Shown here in pieces: positions 47,875-57,846 of a stretch of 57,895 nt of DNA; positions within the stretch are counted from its first letter, which is position 1; each line of letters begins with the position of its first letter. The stretch spans positions 1-57,895 of the forward strand of contig JAVCBY010000045.1 of NCBI GenBank assembly GCA_037917625.1, read 5' to 3'. The translations under genes were made by a program, and so were the position numbers. Source of the DNA: Thermoproteota archaeon. Its GTDB lineage: Archaea > Korarchaeota > Korarchaeia > Korarchaeales > Korarchaeaceae. The notes under the pieces are model-generated. The model searched no databases, was not told where the DNA came from, and saw only the letters and a program-made list of their open reading frames with translations.

Positions 47875-49269
47875 ATGAACGATCTGGAGAAGTTATTCAA
47901 TCCATCTTCGATAGCTGTAGTTGGGGCATCCAAGGACCCCAACAAGATAGGGTCCCAGATTTTAAGGAATTTATTGGGTTATGGATTCAAGGGGAAGATC
48001 TACCCGATAAACCCAACTGCAGATGAGTTGATGGGACTCAAATGCTATCCTAAGGTGTCTGATGTACCAGATAAAGTGGATGTAGCTATAATATCCGTAC
48101 CATCCGATAGAGTATTGGGAGTGATAGATGACTGTGGTAAGGCTGGAGTTAAGTTCGCTGTCGTCATAACTTCGGGATTCAAGGAGGTAGGGAATGAGGA
48201 GTTGGAGGATGAGTTAGTTAGGAGAGCTCGCAGTTATGGGATGAGAGTACTGGGGCCTAACATATTCGGCTACCTATATGCTCCAGCTAGGCTCAACGCC
48301 ACCTTCGGACCCAAGGATGTGCTCCCAGGGAATGTAGCTTTCATCTCGCAAAGTGGAGCATTGGGGATAGCTTTGATGGGATATACGGTCGTTGAGAATA
48401 TAGGTATCTCATCTATAGTTAGTGTGGGTAACAAAGCAGATTTGGATGATGTGGATCTCCTCGGTTTCTTCGATAAGGATCCGAACACTAAGGTCATAAT
48501 GATATACTTGGAGGGGATAGCCCCCGGGAGGGGGAGGGAGTTCATTGATGTCGCCTCTAGGGTGAGCTTGAGGAAGCCCATAATCGTGATAAAAGCTGGC
48601 AGGACTGAAGTAGGCGCTAGAGCTGCTGCAAGCCATACAGGATCAATCGCAGGAAGTGTAGCTATTTATGAGAGCGCTTTCAAGCAGAGCGGAATTCTAA
48701 TGGCGAAGAGCGTTGAAGATGCTTTCGATTGGACGAAAGCTCTTGCGTGGAACCCAATTCCAGAGGGAGAGAGGCTCATCGTTTTAACTAATGGAGGAGG
48801 AGCTGGCGTTCAATCGACTGATACTTTCGCTGATAATGAAGTTTACCTCAGTAAGCCTCCGGAGAGCTTAATTCAGGAGATAAAGAGGTTCACCCCGCCC
48901 TTCGCTTCCTTCGCGAATCCGATAGATATGACGGGGATGGCCACTGATGATTGGTACTACATGGGAACACTAGCTGCACTTAAGAACCCTGATGTGGATG
49001 CTCTGACAGTTCTCTACTGCCAGACCGCAGTAACGACACCTATGGGAGTTGCTAAGGGGATAGTGGATGCCATAAAGGATTCTGGGAACAGCAAACCGGT
49101 GACGGTGGGGATGGTCGGAGGTCCTGAGACAGCTGAGGCAGTTAGTTTCCTTAACAAGCAGAGGGTAGCAGCTTATCCCACGCCGGAGAGAGCTTCCTCA
49201 GCTATGTCAGCTCTCTACGCATATGCTAGGGCTAGGAGCTATGTGATGAAGAGCCTGGCCGTGAGGTGA
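47875..49269 (+). CDS. acdA: ADP-forming acyl-CoA synthetase, alpha subunit
   Basis: IAVVGAS, LGPN, SQSGALG, VGNKAD, phospho-His AAASHTGS, TNGGGAGV, NPIDMTG. Confidence 0.95.
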   Translation: MNDLEKLFNPSSIAVVGASKDPNKIGSQILRNLLGYGFKGKIYPINPTADELMGLKCYPKVSDVPDKVDVAIISVPSDRVLGVIDDCGKAGVKFAVVITSGFKEVGNEELEDELVRRARSYGMRVLGPNIFGYLYAPARLNATFGPKDVLPGNVAFISQSGALGIALMGYTVVENIGISSIVSVGNKADLDDVDLLGFFDKDPNTKVIMIYLEGIAPGRGREFIDVASRVSLRKPIIVIKAGRTEVGARAAASHTGSIAGSVAIYESAFKQSGILMAKSVEDAFDWTKALAWNPIPEGERLIVLTNGGGAGVQSTDTFADNEVYLSKPPESLIQEIKRFTPPFASFANPIDMTGMATDDWYYMGTLAALKNPDVDALTVLYCQTAVTTPMGVAKGIVDAIKDSGNSKPVTVGMVGGPETAEAVSFLNKQRVAAYPTPERASSAMSALYAYARARSYVMKSLAVR

Positions 49270-49273
49270 TGCA

Positions 49274-50455
49274 ATGACATTCATAATAAGGGAGATCGCT
49301 GAAGGCGTCATCCTCTTTAGAATATTGAATAAAATAACCGAGAAATTTGAAAATTTTTGGCCAATTCCCAGGGGTACATCTTATAATTTTTATATAGTGA
49401 GGGGGAGGGGCCGCGTAGCTCTCATAGATGGAGCTGATGCCAGATTCTCGGATGAGTTCTTCAGAGCCTTGGAGGAGAGGATTGGGTTAGAGGAGATAGA
49501 TTACGTGATAACTCAGCACTCAGAGCCAGATCACTCCGGTACTCTGGCTGAAGTTATGAGGAGAGCTCATAAAGCGGAACTGCTGGGCACGAAGCAAGCT
49601 TTGGCTATAGGAGCCTCTCTCTCTGATTATCCACTTGATAGAGCTAGGGAGGTAAGAGATAATGAGAGGCTTGAGCTCGGTGGCAAGACCCTTAGGTTCA
49701 TAGTAGCTCCTATGATACACTGGCCAGATACCATGATGACCTTCTTGGAGGAGGATCGCATATTATTCACATGCGATCTCTTCGGATCTCATGGAGCGAG
49801 CGAGAAGGTTTACTTCGATGAGGACGATTTCGAGCTCGCGGATTATTACGCATCTATACTGATGCCTTTCCCAGCTATGGTAGCTAACGCGCTCCATAAG
49901 GTGAGGGCTCTAGGACCCAAGATCTTGGCCCCGAGCCACGGCGCTCTCCACAGGCATATCGACTCCACATTGAGGACTTATGAGGGCTGGGCATCTTGGA
50001 AGCCGGGCGATAAAGCTTTGATCGTAGTAGGGAGCCAATATGGGAACTCAGAGATCTTAGCGAGGGAAGCTGCTGAGGGATTCAGGGAAGAGGGGATCGA
50101 GATCACTCTAGTTGATAGCTCTTACGCGCATCCTGACGATCTACTGGCGCTCACGCTAGAGTCGTCAGCCATCCTCATAGTATCCTCTACTCACAACGGG
50201 AGGCCCTTCCTAGGAGTGAGGTATTATTTGGATCTACTGGAGGAATATAAGCCTAAAAATAGGATCTTTGGCGTCATAGGGACTTCCGGATGGGGAGGAG
50301 GTGCTGGTAAATATATAAAAGATTTTCTGGAATCCCTCAAGATGCCTGTAGTAGCTTCTATGGAGGTTAAGGGGAAGCCGGGAGAGAGGGAGCTCAAGGA
50401 AGCTAGGGAAATAGGGAAGCTCCTCGCTATTGAGGCGAAGAAGCTCCTGGGGTGA
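49274..50455 (+). CDS. fprA: Flavodiiron protein (FprA family)
   Basis: GTSYN, HSEPDHSG, IHWPDTM, TCDLFG, PSHG; flavodoxin GSQYGNS and GWGGG. Confidence 0.92.
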   Translation: MTFIIREIAEGVILFRILNKITEKFENFWPIPRGTSYNFYIVRGRGRVALIDGADARFSDEFFRALEERIGLEEIDYVITQHSEPDHSGTLAEVMRRAHKAELLGTKQALAIGASLSDYPLDRAREVRDNERLELGGKTLRFIVAPMIHWPDTMMTFLEEDRILFTCDLFGSHGASEKVYFDEDDFELADYYASILMPFPAMVANALHKVRALGPKILAPSHGALHRHIDSTLRTYEGWASWKPGDKALIVVGSQYGNSEILAREAAEGFREEGIEITLVDSSYAHPDDLLALTLESSAILIVSSTHNGRPFLGVRYYLDLLEEYKPKNRIFGVIGTSGWGGGAGKYIKDFLESLKMPVVASMEVKGKPGERELKEAREIGKLLAIEAKKLLG

Positions 50456-50466
50456 GCTACCTCAAT

Positions 50467-51339
50467 TTACCCCTTAGAAATCTCTTGGAAGGTCCTTTGA
50501 AGCTCCTTGAGGATGATGAAAGGATGCTTCCTCAGCTTGTCCTTAGGAACTCCCTTTTCCAAGGCTAGGAATGATTCTAATAGGGCTAAGCCCTTAGCTA
50601 TCCCACTTAGCCTTCCAGCGGGTCCGAAGATGAGGAAATCTGCACCCCTCATCCTCAAATAAGCTAGAGCTGATATTAGCATCGGATAAGCATCATCCCC
50701 ATACCTCCTCTTGCTCAAGAATGATAGGGCATTAGCTGGAGCGCAGCCGACCTTATATCCATGCTCCTTCAGGAAGCTCAGAGACTCAGCAGCTATGTGG
50801 AGGGACGCCGGATCTAAGACCACCACGTCTATCATGAAGTCATCCAATCCCGCTTCTTCAGCCTTAGGCAAGAGATTCTCGCGGACGATCTTGAGCTTTT
50901 TCTCTTTCCTCATGCTCTCAAAAGCATCCCTAGGATCGAAGGCAACTAGAACTGCTGACCTTATTCCCGATTCCCTTATCGCTTCGAGCTCCTCCCTCCC
51001 AGCGTCTGGATAGATAGCATTCGCTATAGCTAGATCTTGAATCCCCAGCTCCCTGACCTTCCTGTAAGATCGTATCCTCACCTCCGGGCTTATACCATCG
51101 ACGAATATGGGGACGTTGAAGCTCGAGGCGAACCTCAGATATGGCTCGGCAGCCTCTGCAGATGATATCATGACATCCAAAGCATATGGGATATTAAGCG
51201 ATCTAGCAGATTCTAAATCAGCCTCTATTAACCTCCTCTCCCCTTCCTCATCGAATATCCCTCTGCTGTGATCTAAGACCCTTCTATCCCCCTTATAGAA
51301 GATAGAAGCTACCATGAGAGCTGGCTCCATCCAATTCAC
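50467..51339 (-). CDS. mtrH: MtrH-like pterin-binding methyltransferase
   Basis: SIFYKGDRRV.D...G.FD, PIFVDG...VR, GCAPANA, GADFLIFGP, HP. Confidence 0.8.
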   Translation of the reverse strand: MNWMEPALMVASIFYKGDRRVLDHSRGIFDEEGERRLIEADLESARSLNIPYALDVMISSAEAAEPYLRFASSFNVPIFVDGISPEVRIRSYRKVRELGIQDLAIANAIYPDAGREELEAIRESGIRSAVLVAFDPRDAFESMRKEKKLKIVRENLLPKAEEAGLDDFMIDVVVLDPASLHIAAESLSFLKEHGYKVGCAPANALSFLSKRRYGDDAYPMLISALAYLRMRGADFLIFGPAGRLSGIAKGLALLESFLALEKGVPKDKLRKHPFIILKELQRTFQEISKG

Positions 51340-52016
51340 CTCAAGATCTCCAGAGCTTTAGATACCCCCTTAGGGGAGCTTATGATGACACCTCTCACTT
51401 TAGTCCTGCTTATGTCCTGAAGTAGTGCCTTATAATCTACGTTCCTCACTTCTTTCAGCCCCATCTCCTTGAGGACGTTGGGATCGAGATCCTCCAGCCC
51501 CGGCATTATCATGGTGTAGAGGGGGATATCCTCGAGGAAGTCGAGCAGCTCAGATAACTCCTCGACATCTTGTATAGGTTGAGTGATGACGAAATCAGCT
51601 CCAGCCTCTATCTTCGCCCTCAAGGTCTCACTAGGCTTGACATACGTCGCGACGCCCACATCAATATCTATACCATGCTCCTTTATCAGCTCTATAGCTC
51701 TGACGGGGTTGAGATGCGTGGGCATCCCTATGGACGGTAGGTCTCCCCTCACAATGACTATCCTCCTTACGCCAACTTCGGAGAGGGCCATCATCTCCGA
51801 GATGAAACCCAGCTCACTCCTATCCATTACCCTGTAGTTCGGGATGGCTTCCAATCCTAGGCCCTTAGCTATCACGGAGAATACGAGGGGGGATGGGAGG
51901 GGCCTCCCGAAGGGACATTCTGGGAGGGAGATGAAATCAGCGTAACCTATGACGCTCGAGAGGGACCTGAGAAACCTGGGAAGGTTCGAAGGTACTATCT
52001 CTATACCTATCTCCAA
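51336..52016 (-). CDS. metF: Methylenetetrahydrofolate reductase (short form)
   Basis: EIVP, DRS, IVIVRGD, KIEAGADFVITQPI. Confidence 0.8.
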   Translation of the reverse strand: MEIGIEIVPSNLPRFLRSLSSVIGYADFISLPECPFGRPLPSPLVFSVIAKGLGLEAIPNYRVMDRSELGFISEMMALSEVGVRRIVIVRGDLPSIGMPTHLNPVRAIELIKEHGIDIDVGVATYVKPSETLRAKIEAGADFVITQPIQDVEELSELLDFLEDIPLYTMIMPGLEDLDPNVLKEMGLKEVRNVDYKALLQDISRTKVRGVIISSPKGVSKALEILR

Positions 52017-52184
52017 CTAAGATCACCTCCTAAACTGGATTTTTGAGTAAATATTGATGTAGATTCGGAATATGGGTGATATCATGGTGACTAAACTTCC
52101 CTCAGGCGACCTCTGATCCATTAGCCCTCAGTCTGAATCCCAACATTAATAAACTCTTCCTCTCACTGATACTAGGTGTCGTGA

Positions 52185-54410
52185 TTGGTCAGAAAACAAA
52201 ACCCCGGGGATGGTGAAAGGGAAAGCAGGGATGTGACTTTAATAGTAGCTGATATAATAAAGCAGGCTGATTTCGGCAGGGGAATAGTCAGATTAGATCC
52301 GGAGATCATGAAGCAACTTGATCTGACGAGCGGGGATTACTTGAGGATCTATGGGTCTAGGGTCACTCACTGCAGGGTGATGCCCTCAGTCAGCATGGAT
52401 GTGGGCACTAGGTACATAAGGATGGATAAGATAGTGAAGGGTAACGCTGGAGTCAGGACGGGAGATAAGGTCAGAGTGAGACCTGTGGATATAGGGGAGG
52501 CATCAAAGGTAGTATTAGCTCCCCAGGACCATATGATAAGGGTTGCCCCGGATTTCCACACTTGGGTGAAGAGGAGGCTCCTGGACTTCGCCGCGACTAA
52601 GGGGGATGTGGTGCTCATACCCATATTCCAGAGGTTCATATCCCTCATAGTGGTGAGCTTGACCCCCGGGACCTACGGGAAGATAGGACCCAATACGATA
52701 ATAGAGGTCAGGGAGTCCCCCGTTGAGCTCGCGAGAGTCGTGCTCCCCACGATAACTTATGAGGACATAGGTGGGCTCAGGGAGGAGATACAGAGGATAA
52801 GGGAGATGGTAGAGCTCCCATTGAGGCATCCCGAATTATTCAGACACTTAGGGATAGATCCACCGAAGGGAGTACTATTATACGGTCCTCCAGGCACTGG
52901 AAAGACTCTGCTAGCTAAAGCTGTGGCTAATGAGAGCAACGCTCACTTCATAAGCATATCAGGGCCTGAGATAATGAGCAAGTACTACGGTGAGAGCGAG
53001 AAGAGGCTGAGGGAGATATTCGAGGAAGCTGAGAAGAATGCACCATCAATAATATTCATAGATGAGCTGGATTCCATAGCTCCGAATAGGAATGAGGTCA
53101 CTGGTGAGGTTGAGAGGAGAGTAGTAGCTCAGTTGCTCGCTTTAATGGATGGATTGAAGGGAAGGGGTGAGGTGATAGTGATAGGAGCTACTAACAGGCC
53201 CGAAGCTATAGATCCAGCTCTGAGGAGGCCGGGGAGGTTCGATAGGGAGATAGAGATAGGGGTGCCTGATAGGGAGGGGAGGAAGGAGATACTGCTGATA
53301 CACACGAGGAACATGCCCCTAGCTGATGTGGATTTAGATAGATTGGCTGATATAACTCATGGGTTCGTGGGAGCTGATCTAGCTGCTCTAGTAAGGGAAG
53401 CAGCTATGGCAGCATTGAGGAGGGTATTACCGAAGATAGATCTAGATGCTGAGAGCATACCGCTAGAGGTACTTGAGGAGCTTAAGGTAACGAATGAAGA
53501 CTTTTTCGAAGCCCTGAAGCTCGTTCAACCATCTGCTCTTAGGGAGATATCAATAGAGATTCCTAATGTCACTTGGGATGATGTGGGAGGGCTTGAGGAT
53601 GTTAAGAGAGAGTTGAGGGAAGTTGTAGAGCTACCTCTCAAGAATCCGGATGCATTCAGGAGGATGGGGATAGATCCTCCTAGAGGCGTTCTTCTCTATG
53701 GACCCCCTGGATGCGGGAAGACGCTCATAGCTAAGGCTGTAGCTAATGAGAGCGAGGCTAACTTCATAAGCGTCAAGGGGCCCGAGCTCCTCAGCAAGTG
53801 GGTTGGGGAGAGCGAGAAAGCAGTTAGGATGATATTCAGGAAGGCGAGGCAGGTCACTCCAGCTATAGTCTTCATAGATGAGATAGACTCCCTATTCCCG
53901 AGGAGAGGTGTACATGCGGACTCGGGCGTTAGTGAGAGAGTAGTGAGTCAGATGCTGACAGAGATAGATGGCATACACCCGCTCAGGGATGTAGTGGTCA
54001 TAGGAGCTACTAATAGGCCAGATCTCATAGATCCAGCTTTGTTGAGGCCAGGCAGATTGGAGAGGCTAGTTTACGTCGGTCCGCCAGATTTCCAGTCTAG
54101 GTATCAGATACTGAAAGTGTTAACTAAGAAGGTGCCATTAGCGAAGGATGTAGATCTGAGGAGCATAGCTTTCATGACGGAGAGATACAGCGGCGCTGAT
54201 CTAGCTGCTCTAGTTAGGGAAGCGGCTATGGCAGCTCTAAGGGAGGATATAAATGCTGAGAAAGTGGAGTCGAGGCACTTCGAGATAGCGATGAGTAGAG
54301 TTAAGCCTAGCTTGACGGATGAGATATTGAAGTACTTCGAGGAGATAAAGAAGACTTTGAGGGCCGCGACGATACCCGAGGAGAGGAAGGAGGAGACTTA
54401 CGTCTACTGA
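52185..54410 (+). CDS. cdc48: CDC48/VAT family AAA+ ATPase (second paralog)
   Basis: [10 protein letters not shown]; GPPGTGKT and GPPGCGKT; C-terminal YVY (HbYX-like). Confidence 0.96.
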   Translation: MVRKQNPGDGERESRDVTLIVADIIKQADFGRGIVRLDPEIMKQLDLTSGDYLRIYGSRVTHCRVMPSVSMDVGTRYIRMDKIVKGNAGVRTGDKVRVRPVDIGEASKVVLAPQDHMIRVAPDFHTWVKRRLLDFAATKGDVVLIPIFQRFISLIVVSLTPGTYGKIGPNTIIEVRESPVELARVVLPTITYEDIGGLREEIQRIREMVELPLRHPELFRHLGIDPPKGVLLYGPPGTGKTLLAKAVANESNAHFISISGPEIMSKYYGESEKRLREIFEEAEKNAPSIIFIDELDSIAPNRNEVTGEVERRVVAQLLALMDGLKGRGEVIVIGATNRPEAIDPALRRPGRFDREIEIGVPDREGRKEILLIHTRNMPLADVDLDRLADITHGFVGADLAALVREAAMAALRRVLPKIDLDAESIPLEVLEELKVTNEDFFEALKLVQPSALREISIEIPNVTWDDVGGLEDVKRELREVVELPLKNPDAFRRMGIDPPRGVLLYGPPGCGKTLIAKAVANESEANFISVKGPELLSKWVGESEKAVRMIFRKARQVTPAIVFIDEIDSLFPRRGVHADSGVSERVVSQMLTEIDGIHPLRDVVVIGATNRPDLIDPALLRPGRLERLVYVGPPDFQSRYQILKVLTKKVPLAKDVDLRSIAFMTERYSGADLAALVREAAMAALREDINAEKVESRHFEIAMSRVKPSLTDEILKYFEEIKKTLRAATIPEERKEETYVY
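52796..53408. repeat. Near-identical inverted copy of 18426-19038
   Basis: Tracts 52796-53059 and 53097-53408. Confidence 0.92.
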
Positions 54411-54515
54411 ACTCTCTAAACTCTCCCGCAGATAAAATTTTTAAATTGAAGTTAGAAACCGACCCGGTGATAGCTTGGAACTAGCGTAGCTTACGTATCG
54501 GATTTCAATTCTATC

Positions 54516-56051
54516 GTGAGGTCTGGGGTTCCCGAGAGGGTGAGGATCTTCGATACAACATTGAGGGACGGGGAGCAGACGCCGGGCGTCTCCTTAACGT
54601 GCAGTGAGAAGATCGAGATAGCTGAGGCCCTGAATGAACTGGGAGTTGATGCTATAGAGGCGGGATTCCCGATAACATCTGAGGGCGAAGCTGAGTCCGT
54701 TAGGGAGATAGCTAAGTCGATAGCTGAGATAACCTCAGTGAGCAGAGCTGAGGTATGCGCTCTCGCTAGATCCAACTTCAAAGATATAGACATGGCTGTG
54801 GATTCAGGAGTAGATTCTGTTCACGTTTTCATAGCCACTTCCCCGCTTCACAGGGAGTATAAACTCAAGATGAGCAAGGAGGATGTTTTGAGGAGAGCTG
54901 CGGAGGCAGTGGAATATGCTAAATCTAGAGGCGTTATTGTAGAATTCTCAGCTGAGGATGCGACGAGGACTGAGCTCGATTTCCTGATTCAAGTTTTCAA
55001 AGCTGTTGAAGAGGCTGGCGCTGATAGGGTGGATATCCCAGATACTGTGGGAGTGATGACGCCAGCAGCGATGAAATACCTCGTCTCCAGAGTGGTAAGT
55101 GAGCTTAGAGTTCCAGTAAGTGTGCACTGCCACAATGACTTCGGTTTAGCTGTAGCGAATTCTTTAGCAGCAATAGAGGCTGGAGCTCAACAAGCTCATG
55201 TGACCGTGAACGGACTGGGGGAGAGGGCTGGAAACGCCTCATTGGAGCAGTTCGTAGCTTCCCTCCACTATCTCTACGGAGTTAAGACTGGGATCGATTT
55301 AACGAAGCTTAGGGAGGTATCTGAACTCGTGGAAAAGCTAACTGGCATCCAAGTCCCACCTAATTATCCGATCGTTGGAGATAATGCTTTCTCACATGAG
55401 TCCGGGATCCACGTGCATGGAATCCTCGAGCACCCCGGTACCTATGAGCCCCTGAGGCCCGAGGCCGTGGGGATGAGGAGGAGGATAGTCCTAGGGAAGC
55501 ACACAGGGAGGCACGCCGTGGAGGATGCTGTGAGGAAGCTTGGGTACGATGCTAAAAAGGAGGAGGTAGAGGAGATAATGAGGAGGGTGAAGGATTACGG
55601 GGATAGGGGCATAAAGGTCACGGAGAAGCTATTCGGTAGGATAGTGGCTGAAGTAATAGGGAGGAGGGAAGGGGCTAGGAAGCTCGAGGTAGGGGAGTGG
55701 CTAGTGGTCACGGGGAGCGGGATCACTCCCTCCGCTTGGATAAGGGCCAAGGTTGAAGGGAGGGATATCAGGAGCTGGGGTTGGGGAGTCGGTCCCGTGG
55801 ATGCTCTATCTAATGCTCTCAGATCGATAGAGGGGATACCTAGTTTCAAGCTCTCTAGGTTCAAGCTTAACGCTACTAGCAAGGGGACTGATGCTCCTGG
55901 AGAAGTTTACGTCAAGATCGAGAGCGATGGAATCACTGCTGAAGGATATGGGGTGAGTGAGGATATAGTTAGGGCTAGCTTAGAGGCTTTACTGGATTCC
56001 CTGAATAAGGTGATGAGCGATGAAAACAGCGGTGGAGAAGATATTGAGTAG
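54516..56051 (+). CDS. leuA: 2-isopropylmalate synthase (citramalate synthase not excluded)
   Basis: FDTTLRDGEQ, HCHNDFG, NGLGERAGN, HESGIH, GPVDA regulatory domain; leu operon context. Confidence 0.88.
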   Translation: MRSGVPERVRIFDTTLRDGEQTPGVSLTCSEKIEIAEALNELGVDAIEAGFPITSEGEAESVREIAKSIAEITSVSRAEVCALARSNFKDIDMAVDSGVDSVHVFIATSPLHREYKLKMSKEDVLRRAAEAVEYAKSRGVIVEFSAEDATRTELDFLIQVFKAVEEAGADRVDIPDTVGVMTPAAMKYLVSRVVSELRVPVSVHCHNDFGLAVANSLAAIEAGAQQAHVTVNGLGERAGNASLEQFVASLHYLYGVKTGIDLTKLREVSELVEKLTGIQVPPNYPIVGDNAFSHESGIHVHGILEHPGTYEPLRPEAVGMRRRIVLGKHTGRHAVEDAVRKLGYDAKKEEVEEIMRRVKDYGDRGIKVTEKLFGRIVAEVIGRREGARKLEVGEWLVVTGSGITPSAWIRAKVEGRDIRSWGWGVGPVDALSNALRSIEGIPSFKLSRFKLNATSKGTDAPGEVYVKIESDGITAEGYGVSEDIVRASLEALLDSLNKVMSDENSGGEDIE

Positions 56052-56970
56052 GGCCTCTGGTAAGGACGCTAAGGCTGGTGATATCGTTGAGGCCGAGATA
56101 GATGTTTACATGATTCACGATCCTATGGGGGCTTTAGTAGATGATGCTCTAAGTGACTTATGCGGGGAACTGAAGCATCCCGAGAGAGTAGTAGCTGTTC
56201 ACGATCACTTCGTACCGGCTAAGGATATAGAGTCAGCTAATCTGAGCAAGAGGCTCAGGGAGTTCTGCGCGAAGTGGGGCATAAGGTATCAATACGATGT
56301 TGGATGGGGCATATGCCATGTGGTCCTACCTGAGGAAGGTCAAGTAGCTCCAGGTGATGTAATCGTAGGCACAGATTCCCACATGCCAACTCTAGGGGCT
56401 TTGGGAGCTTTTTCCACTGGCATAGGAGCGACTGAGATGGCCGCAGCATTGGTCATGGGGAAGCTTTGGTTTAAGGTCCCGGAGACGATCTTAGTGAGGA
56501 TCGATGGCTCTCTCCCTAAGATGGTCTTCGCTAAGGACATAATATTAAAGCTTATCTCGATGATAGGGGTAGATGGAGCTAATTACAAGGCCCTAGAGTT
56601 CAGCGGGAGCGTTCTGAAGGAAATGGTCATGGATGAGAGGTTTGTCCTCACGAACATGTCCGTAGAGGCTGGGGCTAAGACAGCCATAATACCTGTGGAT
56701 GAGGTCACCCTCTCTTACTTGAATGGGAGGTTGAAGAGAGCTCCTAGGCCTGAGTACTCAGATGCTGGAAGTCATTCTGATGAGATCTCTATAGATGTTA
56801 GCTCATTGGAGCCACTAGTCGCGATTCCACATTCACCTGCAAACGTTAAACCGGCTTCTGAGGTAGATGCTGAGATAGATCAAGCTTTCATAGGTTCCTG
56901 CACAGGGGGGAGGTTGAACGATCTCAAGGTAGCGGCTAGCATCCTCAGGGGGAGGAAAATCAAGGGAGGG
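56020..56970 (+). CDS. leuC: 3-isopropylmalate dehydratase large subunit, N-terminal 317 codons (interrupted by an inversion junction)
   Basis: HD, DHFVP, GICH, GTDSH, IGSCTGGR; homology ends at KIKGG. Confidence 0.9.
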
Positions 56971-57070
56971 GCAAGTTCATCAAATCTGAGAGGGTCTCGA
57001 GCACTGGAATCACAGCATCTATTATCTCAGGACCCACACCATCACCTGGTATTACTGCTATCCTCGGCAT
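56960..57070 (-). pseudogene. leuB: 3-isopropylmalate dehydrogenase N-terminal fragment, truncated at the junction
   Basis: Manual translation [36 protein letters not shown]; overlaps the leuD stop. Confidence 0.85.
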
Positions 57071-57555
57071 CCCCTCAGCCCCCTGAGATATGGCACTATG
57101 CCTCCAGCTCTCAATATGTCCATCATGAATTCAGGGACCTTCGTTCCCATGAGCTCGATCCCCCTTTCAGGCAGATATACGCGGCCACTCTCCAAATCAG
57201 CTTCTAAGTAATCGTTATCCTCGATTATAGATGCACCAGGGACTTCCATTACTGGGAGGCCGAGGTTTATGGAGTTCCTGAAGAATATCCTCGCGAAGCT
57301 CTGAGCGATGATCAAATCGATCCCTGAATATTTGAGGGCTAGTACCGCTTGCTCCCTACTCGACCCACAGCCGAAATTCCTTCCAGCTACTATTATCCTC
57401 CTCTCCTTGACCTTCTGATGAAATTGAGGGTCTAAATCTTCCATAGCATGACTCCTTAGGATCTCTGGATCGGAGCCATGCTTCAAATATCTAGCTGGAA
57501 TTATTACGTCAGTATCGACGTTATCTGGGTACTTTATCGCTCTCCCCCTTATCAT
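57058..57555 (-). CDS. leuD: 3-isopropylmalate dehydratase small subunit
   Basis: [37 protein letters not shown]. Confidence 0.95.
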   Translation of the reverse strand: MIRGRAIKYPDNVDTDVIIPARYLKHGSDPEILRSHAMEDLDPQFHQKVKERRIIVAGRNFGCGSSREQAVLALKYSGIDLIIAQSFARIFFRNSINLGLPVMEVPGASIIEDNDYLEADLESGRVYLPERGIELMGTKVPEFMMDILRAGGIVPYLRGLRGCRG

Positions 57556-57846
57556 GCTACCTCCCTCGGATCCACTATCCTACCTTCTAAAGCGGAAGCG
57601 GCCACTGTGGCTGCGCTAGCTAAATAAACCTTGGACTCCGGATGGCCCATCCTCCCCCTGAAGTTCCTGTTCGATGTGGATATCGCGACCTCACCCTCCG
57701 CTAGAACTCCAAGATGTGCCCCTAAACAAGGGCCGCAGCTAGGCGGTCCTATGGAAGCGCCGCTCTCAACTAAGGTATCGATTATCCCACTTCTCAGGGC
57801 CTCAAGATATATCCTCCTGCTGGCAGGTATTACTATGAGCCCTCCC
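57552..57846 (-). CDS. leuC: 3-isopropylmalate dehydratase large subunit, C-terminal part (inverted relative to its N-terminal part)
   Basis: [29 protein letters not shown]...AASA..G.I.DPR. Confidence 0.9.

Noticed and set aside
52080-52140. Box C/D sRNA-like string ATGGTGA...GCGA...TGATCCA...CTGA between metF and cdc48
   Set aside because: Three of four boxes are degenerate and I could not identify an rRNA or tRNA target
223-56540. Numerous 60-220 aa ORFs antisense to or nested in the called genes (e.g. 21270-21923, 37942-38514, 44490-44960)
   Set aside because: Ser/Leu/Pro-rich shadows of purine-rich coding strands with no motifs; they fully overlap well-supported genes
56971-57207. C-terminal 78 aa of the 395-aa ORF 56020-57207
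   Set aside because: Read-through across the inversion junction into the antisense of leuB/leuD; not LeuC sequence
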